Below are positions 26,179 to 34,212 of a stretch of DNA of 34,212 nt, one piece after another. Positions within the stretch are counted from its first letter, which is position 1; each line of letters opens with the position of its first letter. The translations under genes were made by a program, and so were the position numbers. The DNA comes from Spirochaetota bacterium. Its GTDB lineage: Bacteria > Spirochaetota > UBA4802 > UBA5550. Location: NCBI GenBank assembly GCA_050298055.1, contig JBNKTL010000004.1:1-34212 (forward strand). The letters run 5' to 3'. The notes under the pieces were generated by a model. That model made no database searches. It had not been told where the DNA came from and was given only the letters and a program-made list of their open reading frames with translations.

Positions 26179-28200
26179 ATGCCTGTTACAATGAGCGGAA
26201 TGGCGTCAGGGCTTGATACCGATGCGATAATTGACAAGCTGTTGAAAATAGAAGGCAAACCCATTGAACAGCTTGAGATAGATAAAAAGAAAAACTCCAT
26301 CAGGGCGGACGCCCTGAAGCTTCTTGATAAAAAACTGAAAAAACTGAGCAAGGCAGCCAGGGAGCTTTACGGATTCAGGGCATCCTACGACGACAAGGTT
26401 GCACTCTCCTCCGATTCAAGTGTTCTCAGTGCAAATGCAAACAAAAATGCCCTCAGGGGAATCAGGAATATTGAGGTTATGCAGGTAGCTTCCGCGCATA
26501 AAATTTCATCTGATCCCATGAAGGAAAAGAGTGAACTCCCTGCGGGCAAAATGACCATTGAAGTAAACGGCGAATCCCACGTAGTGAAGTTCAGGGGCGG
26601 CAGCCTCAAATCTCTCATGGAGACCATAAAGGAAGCAGCGTCAGAATCTGTGAACGCATCCACTATCAGGACATATGACAGCATGAGTGTTCTGACCCTG
26701 GAGTCGAAGATACCCGGGAAAAAAGGAGAGATAAAAATAAAGGGTGATAAAAATCTCCTTAAGATTACAGGTCTGGTTGACAAGGAAAGGCTTGAGGACA
26801 GGTCCGTACAGAACCTTGTATTTGACAGGAGATACTTCACGTCATATATGGGAACAATGAAGATTGACAAACAGGACGGAAACCTGGTTGTAAGAAAGGA
26901 CGGAAAGAGCGTAAAGATAAAGGGGCTTTTGTGGCAGGAGTATGCTCTTCCCGTGCAGACCAAAGTGAAAAAGGACACGGTCTTCGAGTTTAACTTCAAG
27001 TATACCGCACCAAAAAAGGAAGAGGAGAGACTTCCCTTCAGGATAGAGATGGGGCCCGAGGAAAAGGTCAATGTAAAGGGGATAATCCTGAATGGATACA
27101 ATATATCCAGGCTGAGGCCTCTTGAGAAGAAGAAAAAGAAGATCTTTGAATCGCTCCTGGGAGTAGGAGTTGTTTCTGATGAGAAGGGAAAGAGGTTTGA
27201 GAAGATTTATCCCCTGGAGAAGGATGCCCGGGGGAAACAGGAGATCCCTGTTGGAAAGGATTTCAGCGGCAGGACTCTCAGTAAAATCATTTTCTACTGC
27301 AATGAGGGGGACACTGACTTTCTTTCTGCCAGACTTTTAACCCCTGTTGAGAGCAGGAAAGGTTTTTTCCAGCCCAAAAATGAAATAGCAAAAGCAAAGG
27401 ACGCGAAACTGAAACTGGATGGGATTGAGCTCACAAGGGACAGGAACAACGGCATCAACGATGTCATCAAAGGGGTGACCCTGGATTTAAAAAGGGCATC
27501 AAAGGTCCCTGTTGAACTCAAAGTTGAGCCTGATACAAAGAAATCCATTGAAAAGATCAAAAAATTTGTTGAGGCATATAACGAATATATTGACTATAAC
27601 AGGGAGATAACAAAAAGTGAAAGGATTAAACGTATTACCATAAGTGAAAAGACCAAGCGCAAAAGAGGTATTTTCGTTGGTGATATGATGATTATCCGTC
27701 TTGAAAACTCACTCAGGCGGGCTGTTGGCGGGGCTTATTCCACCCGGGCAGTAGATCCTATTAAGATGCTGCCGCAGATGGGGATTTCCACCGGGGACAT
27801 AAATGCCGACTGGGAAACCATCAAGGAAGGCAAACTGAATATTGATGAATTGAAGCTTGAAAAAACCATAGCAAAGAACCCGGAAGGCGTGAGAATGTTC
27901 TTCGGATCAGATACGGACGGTGATAACAGGGAGGATACCGGGCTGGCGTATACTGTTGTAGCTTCACTGAGACCCTATGTGTCAACAGGAAGGAACATCA
28001 TCTCCAGCAAGATAAAGCTGGAAAACGATTCTATCAAGATGGCGGATGAAAGGATCGGGAAGCACAGGGACCACCTCAAATCATATGAGGAGAAGCTGAG
28101 AAGAAAATTCGGCAAAATGGAACAGGCCATCTCCGGTGCGAAAACACAGCAGAACTGGATGAAAAGCTATACCGGCGGCGGAGAAAAACAGAAAAAGTAA
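26179..28200 (+). CDS. fliD: flagellar filament cap protein FliD
   Basis: SGMASGLDTDAIIDKLLKIE, AKDA...DG....R..N...DVI.GVT..L, FVEAYN, C-terminal L..KF..ME. Confidence 0.94.
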   Translation: MPVTMSGMASGLDTDAIIDKLLKIEGKPIEQLEIDKKKNSIRADALKLLDKKLKKLSKAARELYGFRASYDDKVALSSDSSVLSANANKNALRGIRNIEVMQVASAHKISSDPMKEKSELPAGKMTIEVNGESHVVKFRGGSLKSLMETIKEAASESVNASTIRTYDSMSVLTLESKIPGKKGEIKIKGDKNLLKITGLVDKERLEDRSVQNLVFDRRYFTSYMGTMKIDKQDGNLVVRKDGKSVKIKGLLWQEYALPVQTKVKKDTVFEFNFKYTAPKKEEERLPFRIEMGPEEKVNVKGIILNGYNISRLRPLEKKKKKIFESLLGVGVVSDEKGKRFEKIYPLEKDARGKQEIPVGKDFSGRTLSKIIFYCNEGDTDFLSARLLTPVESRKGFFQPKNEIAKAKDAKLKLDGIELTRDRNNGINDVIKGVTLDLKRASKVPVELKVEPDTKKSIEKIKKFVEAYNEYIDYNREITKSERIKRITISEKTKRKRGIFVGDMMIIRLENSLRRAVGGAYSTRAVDPIKMLPQMGISTGDINADWETIKEGKLNIDELKLEKTIAKNPEGVRMFFGSDTDGDNREDTGLAYTVVASLRPYVSTGRNIISSKIKLENDSIKMADERIGKHRDHLKSYEEKLRRKFGKMEQAISGAKTQQNWMKSYTGGGEKQKK

Positions 28201-28257
28201 GAATAACCGGGAGGAGGGGAATGTGATTCTCTCTCCCCAAAAGGGAAGAGGTAAATT

Positions 28258-29253
28258 GTGGAAGTCTTGATCAACAACCATCCAATTGAATTCCAGCTGG
28301 AAGATGAAAAAACGGTTAAGGAAATAATCGGCTCAATTTCCCAGTGGGCCGGTGACAGGGGACTTATCTTTATCGAGGTGTTCCTCAATGATAAATTGTA
28401 TAAAGTGGAGAGCATTGGTGACCGGGACCTTGAAGGGATTGATCTTGTCAACTGCATCATCGACACAAAATCCAACCTTCTCTTTTCAACTATTGACGAA
28501 GGGCTCCTCTACTGCAACAGGGCAATAGAGTATATAAACCGCTGGATTGAAGAGGAAAGTCCCGACAGGGAGGAGGTCAGGAACCTGGGTGCGGGAATTG
28601 AGTGGCTTGTTGAGGTCATTAACAAGGTTACGGGGCTCCTTGAAATAGACGCATCGAAAGTCAGGTACAGGGATAAAAATGTCTCCGAATACATTTCCGG
28701 TCTTATGAAGGCGGGTGAACAAATTGCCGGAGTTTCGGATGACAGGGTAATTCTGGACCTGCTGAATGAAAATATCGGCCTTTTCACCGGGCTCAAGGAA
28801 ATTTTCAAAACCCTGCTCATGAGCAGTGAGATGAAAGAGCTTATTTTAAAGAGCGTGGATTCTCCCGATATTTTAATGGAATCGCTAATTGTTATTAAGG
28901 ACGAGATCCCGGCACAGGCAGAGAAGATAGAGGAAGCGGCCGTATCTTTCCAGACCGGAAAAGATGACCGGGGATTTGACAGGCTCAATGAATTTATCGA
29001 TTTCATGCTGAGATATACAAGGACATGCTACCAGATCGCCCCGGTCTTCGGAATTAACCTCGCGGAAGTTGTGGTAAACGATATATCACTTGATGAAAAG
29101 AACAACCAGTTTATGGCCCTGCTCAATGATATCGTGGAGGCCATGGAGTATAACGACATTATCAGCCTCTCTGATATTCTTGAATATGAGATAAAACCGT
29201 CACTTGAAGAGAGTGGGAAATATATCTCAGAGCTACAGGAAAGAATCAGCTGA
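28258..29253 (+). CDS. conserved hypothetical protein downstream of fliD
   Basis: Long acidic ORF with GAGG RBS and GTG start, ending D...LSDILEYEI.P. Confidence 0.75.
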   Translation: MEVLINNHPIEFQLEDEKTVKEIIGSISQWAGDRGLIFIEVFLNDKLYKVESIGDRDLEGIDLVNCIIDTKSNLLFSTIDEGLLYCNRAIEYINRWIEEESPDREEVRNLGAGIEWLVEVINKVTGLLEIDASKVRYRDKNVSEYISGLMKAGEQIAGVSDDRVILDLLNENIGLFTGLKEIFKTLLMSSEMKELILKSVDSPDILMESLIVIKDEIPAQAEKIEEAAVSFQTGKDDRGFDRLNEFIDFMLRYTRTCYQIAPVFGINLAEVVVNDISLDEKNNQFMALLNDIVEAMEYNDIISLSDILEYEIKPSLEESGKYISELQERIS

Positions 29254-29274
29254 GATGTTCTGCGGGAGTTATTG

Positions 29275-30675
29275 ATGAGCGGCGGACCAGGAAAAGAGAG
29301 CACCCGTAAACCGTGGGGCGGCAGGTTTGCGGGGGCCACCTCTGACATTACCGAAAAACTTTCAGCTTCTATCCATTTCGATTCGAGGATGTATCTTCAG
29401 GACATTGAAGGGTCAAAGGCCCATGCCCGGATGCTCAGCAGGATGGGAATTCTCACCACAGCGGAGCTTACGGATATCCGGAACGGCCTGGATGAAATTG
29501 CCGCGGAGATAGAATCGGGTCATTTTGAGTTCTCTTCGTCCCTTGAAGATGTCCACATGAATATTGAAAGGCGGCTTACGGATAAAATCGGTAACGCGGG
29601 GAAAAAACTCCATACCGCCAGGTCACGGAACGACCAGGTTGCCCTGGACATGAGGCTCTATCTCAGGGCGGAAATATCGGAAATAAAAGTGCTCCTTAAG
29701 TCGCTGGTGGAGAGGATTGTGGATCTTTCATCGGAGAATCTTGATGTGATCCTTCCGGGTTATACCCACCTCCAGGTAGCACAGCCTGTGCGGCTCAGCC
29801 ATCACCTTCTTGTCTATGCCTGGCAGCTTCTCCGGGATATGAAGAGACTGGATGCCGCGGAAAAAGCCTCGCTGGGGCTTCCCCTGGGATCGGGCGCCCT
29901 TGCGGGGGTCAACTATGAGAATGACAGGGAATACCTGCGGAAAGAGCTCGGTTTCGATTTTGTCATACCCAATTCCATGGATGCGGTCAGTGACCGGGAC
30001 TTTGCCGCGGACTTTCTCTATTTTGCCGCAATGCTCGGGGCGCATCTTTCGAGGTTTTGTGAAGAGATCATTTTGTGGTCATCATCGGAGTTTGGATTTA
30101 TCCGTCTCGCGGATAATGTGACCACGGGGTCTTCCATAATGCCCCAGAAGAGAAACCCGGACCTTGCCGAGCTCATAAGAGGAAAAACAGGAAGACTTTA
30201 CGGAAACCTTATGACCCTGCTTACTGTGATCAAGGGCCTTCCCCTGGCATATAACAGGGACCTCCAGGAGGACAAGGAGCCGGTCTTCGATTCAATAGAT
30301 ACGGTCAAGCTCTCCCTTGAAGGGATGGCCGAGATGCTGAAGTCTCTCTCTGTAAACAGGGAAAGGATGAAGTGCGCCGTTTACAGCAACTTCTCAACCG
30401 CCACCGATCTTGCCGACTACCTGTCGAAGAAGGGCGTTCCCTTCAGGGAGTCTCATGAGATCGTAGGGAAGATCGTGCGTTACTGCGAAGAAAACAGTGT
30501 TGATTTTTTTGCGCTGAAAGTCAATGACCTGAAAAAGTTTTCAGAAGTGTTCGAGGCGGATATTGAAGAGGTCCTTGATCCCGAAACATCCACAGAGAGG
30601 AAACTTTCCGCGGGAAGCACCGCCACACCGGAGATTGAGAACCAGCTGAAAATGATCAGGGAGATCCTCGATTAA
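29275..30675 (+). CDS. argH: argininosuccinate lyase
   Basis: WGGRF, EDVHMNIE, LHTARSRNDQVA, PGYTHLQ.AQP, TGSSIMPQKRNPD, YNRDLQEDK. Confidence 0.98.
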   Translation: MSGGPGKESTRKPWGGRFAGATSDITEKLSASIHFDSRMYLQDIEGSKAHARMLSRMGILTTAELTDIRNGLDEIAAEIESGHFEFSSSLEDVHMNIERRLTDKIGNAGKKLHTARSRNDQVALDMRLYLRAEISEIKVLLKSLVERIVDLSSENLDVILPGYTHLQVAQPVRLSHHLLVYAWQLLRDMKRLDAAEKASLGLPLGSGALAGVNYENDREYLRKELGFDFVIPNSMDAVSDRDFAADFLYFAAMLGAHLSRFCEEIILWSSSEFGFIRLADNVTTGSSIMPQKRNPDLAELIRGKTGRLYGNLMTLLTVIKGLPLAYNRDLQEDKEPVFDSIDTVKLSLEGMAEMLKSLSVNRERMKCAVYSNFSTATDLADYLSKKGVPFRESHEIVGKIVRYCEENSVDFFALKVNDLKKFSEVFEADIEEVLDPETSTERKLSAGSTATPEIENQLKMIREILD

Positions 30676-31337
30676 TCTCCCACCTCTGCAAGGCGTCTCT
30701 TAAAGAGAGGATTCCATTTTGTATTTTTTACAACCGGTCTGCTTGTTTTGAGAAATTCGCGTTCTCTTTCTCTGTTTTTTCCCGATGAATCGAGGTGTGA
30801 TGAAGAGAAAGCATCTCCCAGCAGAAACTCTGCCAGCCTGTTTGTAAAGAGGCTCAGTTTCCTGTAGTAGTTCAATTGATGGCTGTCATAATCTCTGTCA
30901 GTGAGCGGACTTGAAAAAAAAGGTTTTTTTACCGTGAAGTTCCCCATAAATGCGACCTCCCCGGGTTTTAGCGTAACAAGGCTCTTTTCAATAAGTTCTT
31001 TGGGGAAGAGGAGAGTATAGAGTATGTCATTTTGCCCTTTATAGGTTGCGGCAATTGCCGCGTAGGTCCCGGGTTCCGCATTGAAAAGATAGACATTGTA
31101 TTTATAGCAGTAATTGGAGAAAACAATGTTTGACTGATCCTTCAGGTCACGGTTCTTTTCATCGACTTTAGCAAAGTAGACAAGTTTGGGAGTATATGTG
31201 AATATTTTTATTGATTCGTATATCTTCAGGCGAAGGGCCAGAACCTGTCCCCTGTCACCTGACATTTTGGGGGGCGCGGCAATGCATCCGGTGAGAATTA
31301 AGAGTGAGAGAGAGGATATTACAAATAGCTTCTTCAT
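30672..31337 (-). CDS. putative lipoprotein
   Basis: MKK + hydrophobic stretch + LTGC lipobox. Stop overlaps the argH stop (TTAA). Confidence 0.75.
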   Translation of the reverse strand: MKKLFVISSLSLLILTGCIAAPPKMSGDRGQVLALRLKIYESIKIFTYTPKLVYFAKVDEKNRDLKDQSNIVFSNYCYKYNVYLFNAEPGTYAAIAATYKGQNDILYTLLFPKELIEKSLVTLKPGEVAFMGNFTVKKPFFSSPLTDRDYDSHQLNYYRKLSLFTNRLAEFLLGDAFSSSHLDSSGKNREREREFLKTSRPVVKNTKWNPLFKRRLAEVGD

Positions 31338-31577
31338 CTGATCCCCCGGGGCAAATTCTTAATTACGGATTTTACTATTATCGACTGTTCATTACTTGTC
31401 ACAGAGAAAAGTTTTTTTGTCAATTGAAACAATTTTTAAAGGCTTAAAAAAATTTAAAAAAATGCTTGACAATTCATTAGTATTTTATTAAATTCTAAAA
31501 AACATAACCAAAAACCAATTTATCAAACTAAAAAATCCGGTATATCAATTTTTAAGAAATTTAGAGGTATTGTTATT

Positions 31578-32768
31578 ATGCAAAAGAAAAAACCATTTTC
31601 GCCATTAATCTTTTTAGCTTCCCTGGGGGCAGGAGGTATATCTGTAATGCCTTTTGCTTTCTTTCAGTATTCCGTACCCCATGGCAAGGGATTGATCAAT
31701 GTAACCCAGATAGATCATGCGGCACTCCCGGTTTTAAAACAGGCCCTGTTTTTTTCTCTTGAAGCCGTAATGGTGGTTTTTACCCTAATTCACCTGGTTT
31801 CAACATTTATCCTGCTCAAGGGGCTTGTCAGGTGGGTGAAATCAGAAGAGTATTCGGATTTCATTCACGATCCTTTGAAGAACGCGGGGATTCTTGCCCC
31901 CTTTATTTCGATTGCTATGACCATGAATGTCTTTATCGGGCCGGTGAGATTTTTTATCCTTCCCATGGCGTCCAATCTTCAGGTCATGATGCTGCCGGCA
32001 TTGATCGGCTGGTCGCTTATCTGGGTGTTTCTTTTGAGAATGGAGATCAAGCTCCTCACCATATCATTTGAGAAGAGTTTCGATGTTAATAAGATAAATT
32101 TCGGATGGCTTCTGCACCCCTTTGCACTGGGAATGGTAACCGTTATTGGTACGGGAATTGCGGCCATGGCAAAAAGTGCGAACATTGCCCACATCGCGGC
32201 CTTTATGTCGTTTGTATCCGGTTCCATGGGCCTGTTCCTGCTTATTGTAAAGCTGATATCTCTTTTCAAGAGCCATTTTGCCGCAGAGGGGATGCCGGAG
32301 AAGCAGTTCCTTCCCAGCTTTCTTATTATTATTCCTAACATTACTCTTTATGCCATCAGCTTTTTCAGGATGGGACACTATTTCGGACACCACTGGAACG
32401 CGCATCCCGGGGTGTTTTCCACCGTGGCAATTACCGGCGCGTTTGCTTTTGAGACCTGGTACATGCTTTTTGGTCTCTCCCTGCTGAGGAACTATTTCAA
32501 AAAGCACTTTTTTAAAAAGGAGTTCTATGTGACCCAGTGGGGGCTGGTATGTCCCTTTGTCGCTTATGCAGTCCTTGGCGGATTTCTTTACAGGATGTTT
32601 ATTCCTAATCCGATAACATACGGCGTCGTTATCGTGACAATGATATTCACTGTAGCGCTCTTTGGCATCCTCATGTACCGCCAGCTCAGGTGTGCCGGTG
32701 TAATCAGCACAGAGGAGAATGATATGGAGTGTGCCGGCGGTGCACAGCCGGTAGCTGAGAATTCATAA
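31578..32768 (+). CDS. TsoY-family-like multi-pass membrane protein (Cys form)
   Basis: FSPL.FLASLGAGG N-terminus, about 10 TM segments, WGLVCPFVA motif with a TGT codon. Confidence 0.65.
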   Translation: MQKKKPFSPLIFLASLGAGGISVMPFAFFQYSVPHGKGLINVTQIDHAALPVLKQALFFSLEAVMVVFTLIHLVSTFILLKGLVRWVKSEEYSDFIHDPLKNAGILAPFISIAMTMNVFIGPVRFFILPMASNLQVMMLPALIGWSLIWVFLLRMEIKLLTISFEKSFDVNKINFGWLLHPFALGMVTVIGTGIAAMAKSANIAHIAAFMSFVSGSMGLFLLIVKLISLFKSHFAAEGMPEKQFLPSFLIIIPNITLYAISFFRMGHYFGHHWNAHPGVFSTVAITGAFAFETWYMLFGLSLLRNYFKKHFFKKEFYVTQWGLVCPFVAYAVLGGFLYRMFIPNPITYGVVIVTMIFTVALFGILMYRQLRCAGVISTEENDMECAGGAQPVAENS

Positions 32769-32804
32769 ATTGTTATACTTCACAAATACTTCACTTTTTA
32801 CCAG

Positions 32805-32836
32805 AGGGGCGTCCCGATTACGGGGCGCCCTTTTTT
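32805..32836 (+). terminator. Rho-independent terminator
   Basis: GGGCGTCCCG-ATTA-CGGGGCGCCC followed by TTTTTT. Confidence 0.85.
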
Positions 32837-32877
32837 AAATATCATTTTGTTACAGAAATAATCCCCTGGCTTAATTC

Positions 32878-33015
32878 TGTCATCATGAGGAACGAAGTGA
32901 CGTAATGATCTGTTTATTATAATAGTATCCGTTATTTTATAAACAAGCAGTCTCGCTTCGCTCGTCAATGCAATGACGATCCAATACAGATAGCCACGCT
33001 GCGCTCGCTATGACA
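32878..33015. repeat. palindromic REP/RPE-like element
   Basis: TGTCATcatGAGGAACGAAGTGACG..ATCTG ... CAGATAGCCACGCTGCGCTCGCTATGACA, with an internal extra right arm (CGCTTCGCTCG). Confidence 0.7.
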
Positions 33016-33152
33016 ATAATGATACCCGGAACTTAATATGCTTTTGTACCAAATCATAAAATGATCAGTGATCGTATAAGAAAAATAGGCCTCAGTTTAA
33101 GAATTAACTTTACAGTAAGTATGATTTTTATAATAATGTACTCTACAGTAAA

Positions 33153-33596
33153 ATGAAACTTATAGAAAAATTAAATCCTGCCGTATCAAAAAAAGTCCTG
33201 CTGTTTCTTGCGGGAGGAGTCTGGGTTATTGCGGGTCTCATGCTCATTACTCTTGCCCTGACCTGGCTGGCCGTTATTTCGGGTACCGGGAAATATCTGA
33301 TTTTTGCAGGAGGTGTATTGCTGGCCCTCCTTGTCCATCATTTCGGATTTCTCAAAATTGTCAACAGGAACCTGGAGAGGATCCTTCTCATGGAAGGGAA
33401 GAAATGCCTCTTTTCATTTATACCCTGGAAAAGTTATTTAATCATTGCGGTCATGATAACAATGGGAAAGATTCTCAGAAATTCAGGTATTCCGAAACAC
33501 TACCTGGCTTCCCTCTATATTGGCATAGGGGGGGCGCTTACGCTTTCAAGTATCAGGTACTTGAGATTTTTTATTAAAGAATCATTTGGGACTTAA
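33153..33596 (+). CDS. hypothetical four-TM membrane protein
   Basis: Hydrophobic ORF with LAG.VW...G and F.F..WKSY..I..M...G..LR motifs. Confidence 0.75.
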   Translation: MKLIEKLNPAVSKKVLLFLAGGVWVIAGLMLITLALTWLAVISGTGKYLIFAGGVLLALLVHHFGFLKIVNRNLERILLMEGKKCLFSFIPWKSYLIIAVMITMGKILRNSGIPKHYLASLYIGIGGALTLSSIRYLRFFIKESFGT

Positions 33597-33660
33597 ACAG
33601 GCAGAAGGGACCTTTTCTCTTCTGCCGGAGATCTATTGTTGCCGGCCTTATTTGTCCCGG

Positions 33661-34212
33661 CTACGAAACTTCTTCAGGTTCATAAATGGTCACCCTGTTT
33701 CTTCCGGCTTTCTTCGATCTATATAATGCCTGGTCAGCGCTGGAGATGAGTTCTGACAGGATTTTTTCTCCTTCTTTAAGACTTTGTTTTTCACCTTCAT
33801 TATTATAATCGCTGATCCCAAAACTGGCAGTAGCCGAAACTTCCCGGTTGCCTGCTTCAATGGTTTTTGTTTCTATTGCTTTTCTCAGTCTTTCTCCGAG
33901 GATAAAAGCGTTCGGCGCGGAAGTTTCCGGAAGCATTATAATAAACTCCTCACCTCCATACCGGGCGAGGATGTCACTTGACCTGAGTCCGTTTTTAGCA
34001 GCTTTCGCGATCATTTTTATCACCTCATCTCCCACGGGGTGCCCGTATGTATCATTGATCTTTTTAAAAAAATCAATATCGAGCATCATGAGAGAAACGG
34101 GATGTAAGTAACGAAGAGCTTTATGGACTTCAATTCCCGCAAGCTTATAAAAATGTCTTCTGTTATAAAGGCCGGTGAGAGGATCGGTTACGGCCTGAAA
34201 ACTCAATGCTCT
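33661..34212 (-). CDS. diguanylate cyclase (GGDEF domain), 5' part beyond the window edge
   Basis: TDPLTGLYNRR, DIDFFKKINDTYGH..GD, RSSD I-site, RYGGEEF, ADQALY.SK..GRN. Confidence 0.93.
   Translation of the reverse strand, partial: RALSFQAVTDPLTGLYNRRHFYKLAGIEVHKALRYLHPVSLMMLDIDFFKKINDTYGHPVGDEVIKMIAKAAKNGLRSSDILARYGGEEFIIMLPETSAPNAFILGERLRKAIETKTIEAGNREVSATASFGISDYNNEGEKQSLKEGEKILSELISSADQALYRSKKAGRNRVTIYEPEEVS

Noticed and set aside
26179..28200. Large central insertion in FliD and absence of an adjacent fliS
   Set aside because: Long FliD proteins are usual in spirochaetes, and fliS may lie elsewhere in the genome.

Overview
Bacterial chromosomal window, most likely from a spirochaete related to the Leptospirae. 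The evidence is two spirochaete-type FlaB flagellins, flaG, a long fliD and a DUF1564-like ORF. It holds housekeeping and signalling genes (adk, argH, GDPD, HD-GYP, GGDEF, MCP, a PQQ-propeller/OmpA protein, a TPR protein, a Cys-form TsoY-like membrane protein) and two type II toxin-antitoxin modules with clear promoters and operators. Three regions stand out. (1) A tightly coupled four-gene operon (2800-7987) encodes a membrane protein, a PAS-PAS histidine kinase whose H-box His is replaced by Ser, a RavA-like MoxR AAA+ ATPase and a MIDAS-intact VWA protein. (2) An accessory island of about 2.8 kb (9190-11986) is bounded by degenerate inverted 9-bp-period repeats and carries a DUF1016-N/thermonuclease fusion, an orphan Rpn C-terminal ORF and a PIN TA pair. 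(3) The non-coding leaders in the flagellar locus are unusually structured, with two predicted pseudoknots, a 20-bp GNRA hairpin and CsrA sites. Several small palindromic repeat families are also present. All calls come from motif recognition by eye; no searches were run.
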